64,000 bases of DNA, from the NCBI GenBank assembly GCA_900617105.1, contig UYFQ01000001.1, positions 4,216,001-4,280,000 of the forward strand, given 5' to 3'. Made by a program: the position numbers and the translations under genes. Under the pieces are notes generated by a model. That model was not told the origin of the DNA. It made no database searches and saw only the letters and a program-made list of their open reading frames with translations. Source of the DNA: Hydrurus foetidus. Lineage: Eukaryota. Positions 29,976 to 40,543 of this stretch are shown piece by piece (position 1 is the first letter of the stretch; each line of letters begins with the position of its first letter).

Positions 29976-30518
29976 TTAACGCTTTTTGGCCGTTGACTTT
30001 GCAGCATTGCTAACCGTTGCAGCGGCGCTGTTGAAGTTGCTCTCAGCCATGTCAGTGGCTTGTTTGACGGCTTTTTGCATCGACTCAAAGGCGTTGTTGG
30101 CAGCGGCAACTGCGCTTTTCATCACAGCTACAGCGGTCTCAGAACCGGCAGGCGCGTTTTTAGCAGCGCTGTCGACCAGGCCCATGACTTTCTTTTGCGC
30201 TTCAGCGGTTTGTGCTTCAAAGGTTTTGCCAATGTCAGCACCGGCAGCCGATGCGATGTCGTACAGGTGGCGGCTGTAAGCGGCGGTTTTTTCAGCCAAT
30301 GGCTGAACCATGCCGGCTTGCAGTGCCATCAGCTCTTGCGCGTCTTTCACGCCCATCATGGCTTGTGCGTGGTTGGCGGTTTCGGCCAAAGCGGCTTTGG
30401 TGGCTTGCACATTCAGTTCAACCAATTTTTCAACGCCTTCAAAGGCTTTGTGGGTCAAACCAAACAAGGTTTCGATGTTGGCTTTGTGGGAGGCCATGAG
30501 TTGTTCAGCAGTCAGCAT
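29976..30518 (-). CDS. phaP: Phasin (PHA granule protein)
   Basis: [43 protein letters not shown]. Confidence 0.95.
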   Translation of the reverse strand: MLTAEQLMASHKANIETLFGLTHKAFEGVEKLVELNVQATKAALAETANHAQAMMGVKDAQELMALQAGMVQPLAEKTAAYSRHLYDIASAAGADIGKTFEAQTAEAQKKVMGLVDSAAKNAPAGSETAVAVMKSAVAAANNAFESMQKAVKQATDMAESNFNSAAATVSNAAKSTAKKR

Positions 30519-30600
30519 AGTTAATCTCCAATAAATAGTAGTTAAAAAACAGTTAAAAGAAGCGATCAAAAACTGTTGCTTTGCCAATCACCTCAGGAGA

Positions 30601-30744
30601 TTGCTGCACTGCAACATAAACATAATTATAGGGATAACCCGAGCTAGTGCAAGGGGTAAACGCCTCTTTTTTGCTGCGCCGCACCATTTTAGAGAAGACC
30701 GCCCATTCACGACTGCTGAGTCACAATTGAACTGCGCAGTGCAC
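30601..30744. promoter_or_regulatory. Candidate PhaR operators upstream of phaP
   Basis: TGC-N3-GCA-type sites TTGCTGCACTGCAACA (30601), TTGCTGCGCCGCACCA (30671) and TGCGCAGTGCAC (30733). Confidence 0.6.
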
Positions 30745-30775
30745 CGATGCATTTCAAAACCAGACAACGCCCATT

Positions 30776-31714
30776 TTGCAAGCCTTCTACGCCGACAACT
30801 TCGTTTTACCGCTGCCAGAAGGTCACCGCTTTCCCATGGCCAAGTACGCGCTGCTGCGTGAAAGGGTGCTTCAAGAATTACCTGCGGTTACGCTGGCCCA
30901 AGCGCCAGCAGCCAGCGACGGCGAACTGGCGCTGGCCCATATACCCGACTACATCGACGCTATTACCCACGGCACCCTCAGTGCGCCTTTGCAGCGCGAA
31001 ATTGGCTTTCCGTGGAGCGAGGCAATGGTTGAGCGCGCTCGGCGCTCGGTGGGCGCCACGGTAGCGGCAGCACGCGTAGCTATGCGCGGTGAGGGCATCG
31101 CCGCCAATATGGCGGGCGGCACGCACCATGCCTACGCCCACAAAGGCGGCGGCTTTTGTGTATTCAACGATGTGGCGGTTACTGCACGGCTGATGCAGGC
31201 CGAATGGGCGAGAACCAAACGCCAACCGCTGCAAGTCGCCATCATTGACCTCGATGTTCACCAGGGCAACGGCACAGCCAGTATTTTTATGGGCGACGCA
31301 AGCGTGTTCACACTGTCGCTGCACGGTGAAAAGAATTTTCCCTTTCGCAAAGAAGCCAGTTGCATTGATATAGAGCTGCCAGACGCTTGCTCAGATGCAC
31401 CCTATCTGCAAGCGCTGGAGCAGGCGCTAGATGAGCTTGACCGCCGCTTCAAGCCCGGCTTGGTGCTGTATTTAGCCGGTGCTGACCCGTTTGAAGGCGA
31501 CCGCTTGGGCCGCCTCAAACTCAGCTACGACGGACTCGAAGCGCGAGACCGCCGCGTGTTCGACTGGGCGTGGCAAAAACGCGCGCCGCTCGCGTTTTGT
31601 ATGGCCGGTGGTTACGGCATCAAGATTGAAGAGACCGTGCAAGTGCAGGTCAATACTTATCGCGTGGCGGTGGAGTATTGGCGGCGGTGGCAGGCTAATT
31701 ATTTACAAAAATAA
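30776..31714 (+). CDS. Histone deacetylase family protein
   Basis: HRFPMAKY, GGTHHA, GFCVFND, DLDVHQGNGT and AGGY. Confidence 0.92.
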   Translation: MQAFYADNFVLPLPEGHRFPMAKYALLRERVLQELPAVTLAQAPAASDGELALAHIPDYIDAITHGTLSAPLQREIGFPWSEAMVERARRSVGATVAAARVAMRGEGIAANMAGGTHHAYAHKGGGFCVFNDVAVTARLMQAEWARTKRQPLQVAIIDLDVHQGNGTASIFMGDASVFTLSLHGEKNFPFRKEASCIDIELPDACSDAPYLQALEQALDELDRRFKPGLVLYLAGADPFEGDRLGRLKLSYDGLEARDRRVFDWAWQKRAPLAFCMAGGYGIKIEETVQVQVNTYRVAVEYWRRWQANYLQK

Positions 31715-31756
31715 TGGGAAGGGCGTGCGAGTTTGATGTGCAGCACACTTGACCCG

Positions 31757-31968
31757 CAACGGCCATGTCGTATCTACCTCCGCGAATGTCCCCCGCCCTT
31801 TGGGCTCCTCCTTGATTTCGCTGCGGTAGACACGCCATGGCCGTTGTTAGACAGTGTTTCTGCACTATCCTGCAAACGACCGAAAAGTGGTTTGCCTGGG
31901 TGTTCTGCGGAGGTCAAGGAGGAGCGCGTAGCGCGGGGGACACGTAGCAGAACACTCGGGCAAACCGC
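31757..31968. repeat. Double-hairpin intergenic repeat (two inverted units sharing TGTCCCCCGC..GCTCCTCCTTGA)
   Basis: Hairpins at 31757-31846 and 31887-31968 carry the same core in opposite orientation. Confidence 0.7.
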
Positions 31969-32061
31969 TCACTCTCACAACAGATGACCTGTCTTGAATC
32001 CCCGACTCCAGTTACTTGGCATTAGCCGGCAAATACAACCAATTTTTAAGGACTTATTCGG

Positions 32062-32769
32062 GTGACTTCCATACCTTTAAACAATGCCGTTGATCAAGCC
32101 ATCACAAGCCGCCAATCTATCCGCCAGTTCTTACCAACCGCCGTGCCGCGCGAAACTATCACGCGAATACTTGAGGTTGCCAGCCGCGCGCCGTCGGGAA
32201 CAAACACGCAACCTTGGAAGGTGTTTGTGCTGCAAGGCACGGCGCTGAGTAGTCTGTGCGAAAAAGTCTGCGCCGCACACGACCTGCTTCGCGCGCAGCC
32301 GGAGCTTGCCAGTGAATTTAAAGAGGCCTACCACTATTACCCTGAAAAGTGGACGTCGCCTTACATTGAACGCCGCCGCGAAAACGGCTGGGGCTTGTAC
32401 AACTTGCTGGGCATAGGCAAGGCCGACAAAGACGCCATGCATGCGCAGCAGCAACGCAACTTCAGGTTTTTTGATGCGCCAGTGGGCTTGATCATCACGA
32501 TAGACGGCATCCTGGAGCGCGGCTCGTTGATTGACTGCGGCATGTTTTTGCAAAACATCATGGTCAGCGCGCGTGGGCACGGCCTTAACACCTGCCCGCA
32601 AGCCGCGTGGAACCGTTTTGCGAAAATAATTTTGCCGCATGTGGGCGCGGCTGAGGGCGACATGCTGGTGTGCGGCATGGCTTTAGGCTTTGCGGATGAA
32701 TCTGCCTTGGTCAATACGTTTCGCACGCCGCGCGTTCCGGTCAGTGATTTTGTGACCTGGCTGGAATAG
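32062..32769 (+). CDS. Nitroreductase family protein
   Basis: SRQSIRQF, RAPSGTNTQPW and FFDAPVGL. Confidence 0.92.
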   Translation: MTSIPLNNAVDQAITSRQSIRQFLPTAVPRETITRILEVASRAPSGTNTQPWKVFVLQGTALSSLCEKVCAAHDLLRAQPELASEFKEAYHYYPEKWTSPYIERRRENGWGLYNLLGIGKADKDAMHAQQQRNFRFFDAPVGLIITIDGILERGSLIDCGMFLQNIMVSARGHGLNTCPQAAWNRFAKIILPHVGAAEGDMLVCGMALGFADESALVNTFRTPRVPVSDFVTWLE

Positions 32770-32849
32770 CGTTTGGTCAGCGCCTGGCTAGCGTCAGGGT
32801 AAAGTCAAACGTTCGCTATTTATTAACCCCTTTTTGAAGTTGAACTCTT

Positions 32850-33200
32850 ATGCCATTGACCACCAACCCTTCCGGCCTGCAATTTGAAGACACTGTTTTA
32901 GGCACGGGCGCTATTGCCAAAGCTGGCCAAAACGTCAGCGTGCATTACACCGGGTGGCTTTTTAACGACGGCGTGCAAGGCGCCAAGTTTGATTCCAGCA
33001 AAGACCGTGGCCAGCCGTTTCAGTTTTCGCTGGGCGCGGGCCAAGTCATTAAGGGCTGGGACGAAGGCGTGCAGGGCATGTCAGTGGGCGGTACGCGCCG
33101 CTTGGTGATTCCGAGCGAGCTGGGCTATGGCGCACGCGGTGCGGGCGGCGTGATTCCGCCAAACGCGACGCTGCTTTTTGAAGTGGATTTTTTGGGTTGA
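32850..33200 (+). CDS. FKBP-type peptidyl-prolyl isomerase
   Basis: [34 protein letters not shown]. Confidence 0.95.
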   Translation: MPLTTNPSGLQFEDTVLGTGAIAKAGQNVSVHYTGWLFNDGVQGAKFDSSKDRGQPFQFSLGAGQVIKGWDEGVQGMSVGGTRRLVIPSELGYGARGAGGVIPPNATLLFEVDFLG

Positions 33201-33237
33201 GCACCGCACTTGTCATCACCACACCCGCCAAGTGCCC

Positions 33238-34428
33238 ATGATCATCTCCAGCCTGCTCGATACGGATCTGTACAAGTTCACCATGATGCAGGTGGTGCTG
33301 CATCAGTTTCCGGGGGCGGAGGTGGAATACCGCTTCAAGTGTCGCAACAAGGGTGTGCTGGCACCGTACGTGAATGAGATTCGCGAAGAAATCCGCGCGC
33401 TATGCAGTTTGCGGTTTCAAGATGCTGAGCTGGCTTACCTTAAAGCCATGCGTTTCATCAAAGCCGACTTCATTGATTTTTTGGGTATTTTCAAGCTCAA
33501 TGAGAAGTATGTCAGTGTCACGGCTATACAGAGCGGTGAGCACAGTGGCGAGATTGAAGTGTCGATCAAAGGCCCGTGGCTGCACACGATTTTGTTTGAG
33601 ATCCCGGTGCTAGCCATCATCAACGAGGTGTACTTTCGCAACACGCAAAAGCAGCCCAATGTAGCCGAGGGCCGGCAGCGCCTGAACACCAAAGTCGGCC
33701 AGTTGCAAGCCGACGGCTTGGGCGCGCTGAAGATAGCTGACTACGGCACGCGCCGCCGGTTTGGCAAAGCCTGGCATGAGGAAGTCCTGCGCACGCTCAG
33801 CACCCGTTTGGGCACGGGTCCCACGGGTCAGTTTGCAGGCACCAGCAACGTGCTGTTTGCCATGAAGCTTGGCTTGACGCCGCTCGGCACCATGGCTCAC
33901 GAGTACTTGCAGGCTTGCCAGGCACTCGGCCCACGCCTGCGCGACAGTCAGGTGTTTGCCTTTGAGTCCTGGGCCAAAGAATACCGGGGCGACTTGGGCA
34001 TTGCGCTGTCTGATGTTTACGGCATGAGCGCTTTTTTGCGCGACTTTGACATGTTTTTTTGCAAGCTGTTTGACGGCGCACGCCATGACAGTGGCGATCC
34101 TTTTCAGTGGGGCGAACGCATGATTGCGCACTACCACCACAACAGAGTCGACCCGAAAACCAAAACCCTGATTTTTAGCGACGGCCTGACTGTGCCGCGC
34201 ACCATTGAGCTGTATCGACAATTTCAGGGCCGATGCCAATTAGCGTTTGGCATTGGCACTAATTTAACCAACGACTTGGGTTACGAGCCGCTGCAAATCG
34301 TCATCAAAATGGTTCGGTGCAACGGTCAGCCGGTGGCCAAGCTGTCAGACACGCCGTCGAAAAATATGTGTGACGACGAGAAATACTTGGCGTACTTGCG
34401 CCAAGTGTTTGAAATTGAGCAGCCTTAG
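33238..34428 (+). CDS. pncB: Nicotinate phosphoribosyltransferase
   Basis: [25 protein letters not shown] and RHDSGDP. Confidence 0.96.
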   Translation: MIISSLLDTDLYKFTMMQVVLHQFPGAEVEYRFKCRNKGVLAPYVNEIREEIRALCSLRFQDAELAYLKAMRFIKADFIDFLGIFKLNEKYVSVTAIQSGEHSGEIEVSIKGPWLHTILFEIPVLAIINEVYFRNTQKQPNVAEGRQRLNTKVGQLQADGLGALKIADYGTRRRFGKAWHEEVLRTLSTRLGTGPTGQFAGTSNVLFAMKLGLTPLGTMAHEYLQACQALGPRLRDSQVFAFESWAKEYRGDLGIALSDVYGMSAFLRDFDMFFCKLFDGARHDSGDPFQWGERMIAHYHHNRVDPKTKTLIFSDGLTVPRTIELYRQFQGRCQLAFGIGTNLTNDLGYEPLQIVIKMVRCNGQPVAKLSDTPSKNMCDDEKYLAYLRQVFEIEQP

Positions 34429-34460
34429 TTCTCAGGCACTTTTATAAAGCTGAATAAGCC

Positions 34461-35867
34461 ATGAAGTTTTTGTGTTCGTTTTTGCTGACGCTTTTCATCG
34501 TGATGCTCCCTGGCTTGGCCATGGCTGCCGATTTTGACGGCGCGCGCTTGAGTCTGGTGTGGGCCATTCCGTTTGCGGGCATTTTGTTGTCGATCGCCCT
34601 CATGCCGCTGATGGCGCCGAGCTTTTGGCATCACCACTTCGGAAAAATCTCCGCTGGCTGGACGCTGGCTTTCTTCCTGCCGTTTGCGTATTTCTTTGGT
34701 GTGCAGGCAGCTGGTGTCAGCCTGGTGCACGCGCTGCTGGCTGAGTACATTCCTTTTATCGTGCTCCTGACCGCGCTGTACACCGTGGCCGGCGGCATTT
34801 ACATACGCGGCAATTTGCACGGCAGCCCTGCACTGAATTGCGGCCTGCTGTTAATTGGCGTGGTGCTGGCCAGTTTTATGGGCACCACGGGCGCGTCCAT
34901 GCTAATGATTCGCCCGTTGATTCGGGCCAATGACAACCGCGTGCACAAAGCACATTTGGTGGTGTTTTTTATATTTTTGGTGAGCAACGTCGGCGGCTCG
35001 CTGACACCGCTGGGCGACCCGCCGCTGTTTTTGGGTTTTTTAAAGGGCGTCGATTTCTTCTGGACGGTGCGCTACATCTTTCCTGAAACTTTGTTCATGG
35101 TTCTCAGCCTGCTCGTTATTTTTTACCTCATTGACAGCCATTACTATAAAAAAGAAGGCGTGCTGCGCGTGGACCCCACACCCGATACTGGTCGAGTCGG
35201 CTTTGATGGCGCGATTAATTTTTGGCTACTGGGCGCGGTAGCGGGCTTGGTATTGATGAGTGGCGTATGGAAATCACCCATCGCCTTTGACGTGGCTGGC
35301 ACCGTTGTAGGTTTGCCCGGCATTGTGCGCGATGTGGGCTTGGTCGTCATCACGTTTGTCTCGCTGGGCATCACTGCCAAAAGCGTTCACGACAGCAACC
35401 AATTTTCATGGGCACCCATGCAAGAAGTGGCCAAGCTGTTTGTGGGTATTTTCCTGACCATTATTCCCGTGATTGCCATGCTCAAAGCCGGTGCCAACGG
35501 GCCATTTGGCGCTATCGTTGCAGCCATTACCCGCCCTGATGGCACGCCCAACCCCGCGATGTATTTTTGGGCAACTGGCTTACTCAGCTCTTTCCTCGAC
35601 AACGCGCCTACCTATCTGGTGTTTTTCAATACCGCAGGAGGTGACCCCAAAGTGTTGATGACGACGCTAGCGCCTACGCTGGCAGCTATTTCTGCTGGTG
35701 CTGTGTTTATGGGAGCCAACTCGTACATTGGCAACGCCCCCAACTTGATGGTCAAAGCTGTTGCAGAAGACCGCGGCGTAAAAATGCCCAGCTTTTTTGG
35801 CTACATTGCGTGGGCGGTTTGCGTGTTGATTCCGCTTTTTGTCATCATGACGTTTATCTGGTTTTAG
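34461..35867 (+). CDS. Putative sodium:proton antiporter (ion transporter superfamily)
   Basis: Multi-TM; GTTGASMLMIRP, GSLTPLGDPPL, SSFLDNAPTY and YIGNAPN. Confidence 0.85.
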   Translation: MKFLCSFLLTLFIVMLPGLAMAADFDGARLSLVWAIPFAGILLSIALMPLMAPSFWHHHFGKISAGWTLAFFLPFAYFFGVQAAGVSLVHALLAEYIPFIVLLTALYTVAGGIYIRGNLHGSPALNCGLLLIGVVLASFMGTTGASMLMIRPLIRANDNRVHKAHLVVFFIFLVSNVGGSLTPLGDPPLFLGFLKGVDFFWTVRYIFPETLFMVLSLLVIFYLIDSHYYKKEGVLRVDPTPDTGRVGFDGAINFWLLGAVAGLVLMSGVWKSPIAFDVAGTVVGLPGIVRDVGLVVITFVSLGITAKSVHDSNQFSWAPMQEVAKLFVGIFLTIIPVIAMLKAGANGPFGAIVAAITRPDGTPNPAMYFWATGLLSSFLDNAPTYLVFFNTAGGDPKVLMTTLAPTLAAISAGAVFMGANSYIGNAPNLMVKAVAEDRGVKMPSFFGYIAWAVCVLIPLFVIMTFIWF

Positions 35868-35876
35868 CGGCAACCT

Positions 35877-36905
35877 ATGACAAAACTAAAAGTGTTGGTG
35901 GCGCGCGGGATTTTCCCGGAGATCACCGCCAAGCTGATCGAGCATTTTGAAGTGGTGTCGAACCCGCTTGACGAGGTCTGGTCGAAAGCGCAGTTGATCG
36001 AAAAGCTGCAGGGCTGCCACGGCGTGTTCACCACCGGCAGCGAGCGCATAGATGCAGACCTGTTGGCGCAATGCCCCAACTTGAAAATCTGCGCCAACAT
36101 GGCCGTTGGTTACAACAACTTTGATGTGCCCGCCATGACTGCCGCAGGCGTGCTGGCCACCAACGCCCCCGATGTATTGACCGAAACCACCGCCGACTTT
36201 GGCTTTGCCCTGCTTATGGCCACCGCCCGGCGCGTGACTGAAAGCGAGCATTACCTGCGCGCTGGCCACTGGACAAAATGGAGCTACGACATGTTTGCCG
36301 GCAGTGACATTCATGGCAGCACGCTTGGCATCATTGGTATGGGCCGCATTGGGCAGGGCATTGCCCGGCGCGGCGCACATGGCTTTGGCATGAAAGTGAT
36401 CTATCACAACCGCTCACGCTTGAATGCAGACTTGGAATCGCAGTGCAAGGCCAGCTACGTGAGTCAAGAGGAATTGCTAAAAACCGCCGACCACGTGGTA
36501 CTGGTGGTGCCGTATTCGCCAGAGTCACACCACACGATAGGCGCAGCCGAACTGGCGCTGATGAAGCCTACCGCCACGCTTATCAACATTGCGCGCGGTG
36601 GCATTGTTGACGATGTTGCGCTGGCTGCCGCGCTTCAAGAAAAGCGCATTGCGGCGGCGGGCCTCGATGTATTTGAAGGCGAGCCCCAGGTACACCCCGA
36701 CTTGCTTGCAGTGCCCAACGTGGTGCTGACCCCTCACATCGCCAGTGCCACCCTGCCTACGCGCATGGCCATGGCCAATTTGGCGGCTGACAACCTGATT
36801 GCCGTGCTGAGCGGAAAAGAGCCGCTGACAGCGCTTAACTCGGTGTTAAATAAGCCTATAGCCCAATTAAATCGGGCGCAATCAGCTCCTGATAACATAG
36901 CATGA
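35877..36905 (+). CDS. ghrB: D-2-hydroxyacid dehydrogenase (glyoxylate/hydroxypyruvate reductase B-like)
   Basis: GMGRIG, INIARGG, GLDVFEGEP and TPHIAS. Confidence 0.85.
   Translation: MTKLKVLVARGIFPEITAKLIEHFEVVSNPLDEVWSKAQLIEKLQGCHGVFTTGSERIDADLLAQCPNLKICANMAVGYNNFDVPAMTAAGVLATNAPDVLTETTADFGFALLMATARRVTESEHYLRAGHWTKWSYDMFAGSDIHGSTLGIIGMGRIGQGIARRGAHGFGMKVIYHNRSRLNADLESQCKASYVSQEELLKTADHVVLVVPYSPESHHTIGAAELALMKPTATLINIARGGIVDDVALAAALQEKRIAAAGLDVFEGEPQVHPDLLAVPNVVLTPHIASATLPTRMAMANLAADNLIAVLSGKEPLTALNSVLNKPIAQLNRAQSAPDNIA
36857..36901 (-). repeat. REP-like element copy 10 (encodes the ghrB C-terminus)
   Basis: TATAGCCCAATTAAATCGGGCGCAATCAGCTCCTGATAACATAGC. Confidence 0.75.
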
Positions 36906-38242
36906 CAGAAATCGGTTTTTATGCGCTGCTGGCGCTGCTGATTGCTAATTTGATGCTTGTGTTGTGGCTGCTGCTGCGAAAACAATCTGACAATTGCAAC
37001 GAACAACTTTTGTCGCTTGTGTCTGCGGGCAACGACAAAATTGAACGTGAAGTGCGCCGCGAGATTGTCGACAACGGCCGCGCCAACCGGCAAGAACTCA
37101 GCACCACTTTTGCCACTTTTCAGCAGACGCTGACCCAGCAAAGCGCCGAGGCCATTCGCACGCAAAACACGCAGATTGATGCCTTCGGTCAGCAACTCGC
37201 CTTACTGCAAAAAACGCTGTCAGACACGCTTGTCATACAACTGCAATCAGTCAGCGAATCTAACGCCCGGCGCATGGGTGAGGTGCGCGATACGCTTGAA
37301 AAGCAGCTTGCACAATTGCAAGCCACCAACGCGGCCAAGTTAGATGAAATGCGCAAAACGGTCGATGAAAAGCTGCAAACCACGCTGGAGACGCGCCTGG
37401 GCGAAAGCTTCAAACAGGTAGCTGACCGGCTGGAGCAGGTTCACAAAGGTCTGGGTGAAATGCAAACCCTGGCCCAAGGCGTAGGTGATTTGAAGCACTT
37501 GCTCACCAATGTGAAAACGCGCGGTATTTTTGGTGAGGCGCAACTCGCAGCGTTGCTTGAGCAAGTGTTTACTGTTGACCAATACGCGGCCCAAGTCGCT
37601 ACCCAGCCAGGCAGTAAAAACACGGTCGACTTCGCCATCAGGTTGCCGGGCCGATCAGACTCGGGCGAGCCGCTGTGGCTGCCGATTGATGCGAAATTTC
37701 CAAATGAAGATTACGAACGCTTGCTCGACGCACAAGCCCGCGCGGATGTGCAGGGCGCCGAATCAGCGGGCAAGGCGCTTGAAATTCGGATTCGACTTGA
37801 GGCCAAAAGCATCAGCGAAAAATACATTGCGCCGCCGCACACCACCGACTTTGCGATTTTGTTTTTACCTACTGAAGGCCTCTACGCTGAGGTGTTGCGC
37901 CGCCCAGGCTTGATGGAAAGTTTGAGCCGTGATCACCGCATCACGCTGGCAGGGCCGACTACGCTATTGGCAATGCTCAATTCCCTGCAAATGGGTTTCA
38001 GAACGCTGGCGCTTGAAAAGCGTTCGAGTGAAGTGTGGCAAGTACTCGGCGCGGTTAAAACTGAGTTTGGCAAGTTTGGCGACGTGCTGGCCAAAATCAA
38101 ATCGAATGCTGAAACGATGCTAAACACCGTCAGCAGTGCCGAGCAGCGCAGCCGCGTGATGGGCAAAGCGCTGCGCAACGTAGAGGCACTACCTGAGCTG
38201 GATTCCGCGCGTTTGCTGCCTTTGGATAAAGAAGTTGATTGA
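36902..38242 (+). CDS. rmuC: DNA recombination protein RmuC
   Basis: N-terminal TM and coiled coil; KTRGIFGE, IDAKFP and TTDFAILFLPTEGLY. Confidence 0.93.
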   Translation: MTEIGFYALLALLIANLMLVLWLLLRKQSDNCNEQLLSLVSAGNDKIEREVRREIVDNGRANRQELSTTFATFQQTLTQQSAEAIRTQNTQIDAFGQQLALLQKTLSDTLVIQLQSVSESNARRMGEVRDTLEKQLAQLQATNAAKLDEMRKTVDEKLQTTLETRLGESFKQVADRLEQVHKGLGEMQTLAQGVGDLKHLLTNVKTRGIFGEAQLAALLEQVFTVDQYAAQVATQPGSKNTVDFAIRLPGRSDSGEPLWLPIDAKFPNEDYERLLDAQARADVQGAESAGKALEIRIRLEAKSISEKYIAPPHTTDFAILFLPTEGLYAEVLRRPGLMESLSRDHRITLAGPTTLLAMLNSLQMGFRTLALEKRSSEVWQVLGAVKTEFGKFGDVLAKIKSNAETMLNTVSSAEQRSRVMGKALRNVEALPELDSARLLPLDKEVD

Positions 38243-38258
38243 ATACATCGCTGCTTCA

Positions 38259-38359
38259 TTCCCTCGCCTTCCGAGGGATGGCGGGGTGGGGGCAAGCGCC
38301 AGAACGATTTCAGCATCGTGCGTGCCCCCATCCCAACCTTCCCCCGGTAGGGGAAGGAG
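38259..38359. repeat. Inverted pair of a second REP family (CCCCATCCCAACCTTCCCCC..GGGGAAGG type)
   Basis: TCCCTCGCCTTCCGAGGGATGGCGGGGTGGGGG ... CCCCCATCCCAACCTTCCCCCGGTAGGGGAAGGA. Confidence 0.65.
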
Positions 38360-38377
38360 TCAAGAAAATACCTGTCT

Positions 38378-39562
38378 TTGACTCCCGAACTAGCCCGCCT
38401 CATTCTTGCGCAAGTCTGCCTTCACGCCTGTATGGCGGGCACACGCATGGCCGCGCCGCTGCTGGCCTTGCAGCAAGGCTACAGCCCCGTAGCGGTGGGC
38501 GTGCTGCTGGCGCTTTTTTCACTTATGCAGGTGGTGTTGGCGCTGCCTGCGGGGCGTTTTGCAGACCAGCATGGGCTGAAGCGGCCAGTGCAGTTCAGTG
38601 TGCTGGCCGCTTGTTGTGGGGCGGGGCTGGCCGTGGCTTTCCCCGTGTTTTCTGCGCTGTGTGTGGCGGCGCTGCTGACGGGCGGCGCGACTGGCGCGGC
38701 CAATTTGTCGATGCAGCGCCACGTGGGCCGGGTGGCTAGCCAGGCAGGGGGAGGAACGCAACTGCGCAAAGTGTTCAGTTGGCTGGCCATAGGGCCAGCG
38801 GTATCTAACTTTGTTGGCCCGTTCAGCGCCGGGTTGTTGATTGACTATGCCGGCCCAACTCCCGGCAGCATTACGGGCTTTCGCGCCGCGTTTTTGCTGA
38901 TGGCTTTGCTACCGCTGGTCACCTGGCTGCTGGTGCAGCGCACCCGTGAAATGCCGCCGATTGTGTTGCCGCAAGGTGCGCCCAAACCTAAAGCCTGGGA
39001 CTTGCTAAAGCGGCCGATGTTTGCGCGCCTGATGCTGGTGAACTGGTTTTTATCATCGTGCTGGGACGTGCACACCTTCGTTGTGCCGGTGCTTGGCTTT
39101 GAGCGCGGCATCAGCGCGTCGAGCATCGGTTCAATCTTGGGCGCTTTTGCTTTGGCAGCCGCTGCGGTGCGGGTGGCGTTGCCGTTTGTGGCGTCTCATA
39201 TCAAAGAATACAAAATCATCACTGGCGCCATGGTGGTGACTTGCGTACTGTTTGTGGTTTACCCCTTCACGCAAAGCGCGTTGGCGATGGGGGCGTGCTC
39301 AGTGCTGCTGGGTGTGGCGCTGGGTACCGTGCAGCCGATGATCATGAGCACGCTGCACCAAATCACGCCCGAAGCCCGCCATGGCGAGGCACTGGGTTTG
39401 CGCCTGATGGCCATGAATGCGTCGAGCGTGCTGATGCCCATTCTGTTTGGCACCGCAGGCGCTGTTGCTGGCGTGGCGGTGGTGTTTTGGACCGTAGGCG
39501 CTGCGGTGGGCTTGGGTTCGCGCGCGGCGTGGCAATTGCAGTCGGGCGCGCACCCTCCCTAA
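38378..39562 (+). CDS. MFS transporter
   Basis: About 12 TM segments; PAGRFADQHG motif A. Confidence 0.88.
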   Translation: MTPELARLILAQVCLHACMAGTRMAAPLLALQQGYSPVAVGVLLALFSLMQVVLALPAGRFADQHGLKRPVQFSVLAACCGAGLAVAFPVFSALCVAALLTGGATGAANLSMQRHVGRVASQAGGGTQLRKVFSWLAIGPAVSNFVGPFSAGLLIDYAGPTPGSITGFRAAFLLMALLPLVTWLLVQRTREMPPIVLPQGAPKPKAWDLLKRPMFARLMLVNWFLSSCWDVHTFVVPVLGFERGISASSIGSILGAFALAAAAVRVALPFVASHIKEYKIITGAMVVTCVLFVVYPFTQSALAMGACSVLLGVALGTVQPMIMSTLHQITPEARHGEALGLRLMAMNASSVLMPILFGTAGAVAGVAVVFWTVGAAVGLGSRAAWQLQSGAHPP

Positions 39563-39563
39563 T

Positions 39564-40472
39564 TTACAAACCGTAAAAAGTCTGGATGATTTCCCACGCT
39601 GCGTCGGGCGTGTCCACATAATGAAACAGGTTCAGGTCTTTGGCAGATATGGTGCCTTCTTCAATCAACACATCAAAGTTAATCAGGCGCTTCCAGTAAT
39701 CAGAGCCAAACAGCACAATCGGCAGCGCCTTGGCTTTGCCAGTCTGAATTAACGTGATGACTTCAAACAACTCGTCGAGCGTGCCAAAGCCGCCGGGGAA
39801 AGCCACCAGTGCTTTGGCCCGCATCATGAAATGCATTTTGCGCAGCGCAAAGTAGTGAAACTTGAAATTTAGTGACGGCGTGATGTACTTGTTGCCCGAC
39901 TGTTCGTGCGGCAACACAATGTTCAGCCCCACCGTGGGTGCGCCTAATTCGTGTGCGCCGCGATTGGCCGCTTCCATGATGCCTGGGCCGCCGCCAGAAC
40001 AGATAAAAAGTTGGTCAGCTAGCGGCAGGGCGTTGCTGTGCGCCGCGACCAATCGCGCAAACAAGCGTGCCTGGTCGTAGAAGTAGGCATTGCGCATATG
40101 GCGCTGGGCCAGTTCCAACGCGTTTTGCGCGTCACGCAGTGCCTCGCCATTGCTGCCAGCAGCTTGCGTATGAGCCAAATTGGACTCCGCCGCAGCCAAT
40201 GACGCTTGGGCAGTTTCTGGCGCGGGAAAGCGCGCGCTGCCAAACACCACTACGGTGCTTTCAATGCCTTGCTCACTTTGACCCAAATCGGGTTTGAGCA
40301 TTTCTAATTGAAAGCGAATGCCGCGCGTTTCACGGCGCAGCAAAAATTCGGGGTCGGCAAAGGCGAGGCGGTAGGCGTCAGAGTCCAGCGCCGAGCCATC
40401 GCGTGCATGGGCTTGCAATTCGGCCCACGCGTTGGCCAGGCGGCTGGCTGACAAATCTTGTGTTTGGTCCAT
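39564..40472 (-). CDS. LOG-family (TIGR00730) nucleotide-binding protein
   Basis: VFGSAR, SGGGPGIMEAANRGA and FPGGFGTLDE. Confidence 0.9.
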   Translation of the reverse strand: MDQTQDLSASRLANAWAELQAHARDGSALDSDAYRLAFADPEFLLRRETRGIRFQLEMLKPDLGQSEQGIESTVVVFGSARFPAPETAQASLAAAESNLAHTQAAGSNGEALRDAQNALELAQRHMRNAYFYDQARLFARLVAAHSNALPLADQLFICSGGGPGIMEAANRGAHELGAPTVGLNIVLPHEQSGNKYITPSLNFKFHYFALRKMHFMMRAKALVAFPGGFGTLDELFEVITLIQTGKAKALPIVLFGSDYWKRLINFDVLIEEGTISAKDLNLFHYVDTPDAAWEIIQTFYGL

Positions 40473-40503
40473 GAGCAATTTTAAAGAGCGGCGGTTAAAA
40501 GTT

Positions 40504-40530
40504 AAAAGGGCTCCGTAAGAGCCCTTTTTT
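40504..40530 (-). terminator. Terminator after efp
   Basis: AAAAGGGCTC CGTAA GAGCCCTTTT. Confidence 0.8.
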
Positions 40531-40543
40531 GTTTGCAACAGTG

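Noticed and set aside
31733..31987. 84-aa ORF between the deacetylase and nitroreductase genes
   Set aside because: It coincides with the double-hairpin repeat and has no protein-like features.
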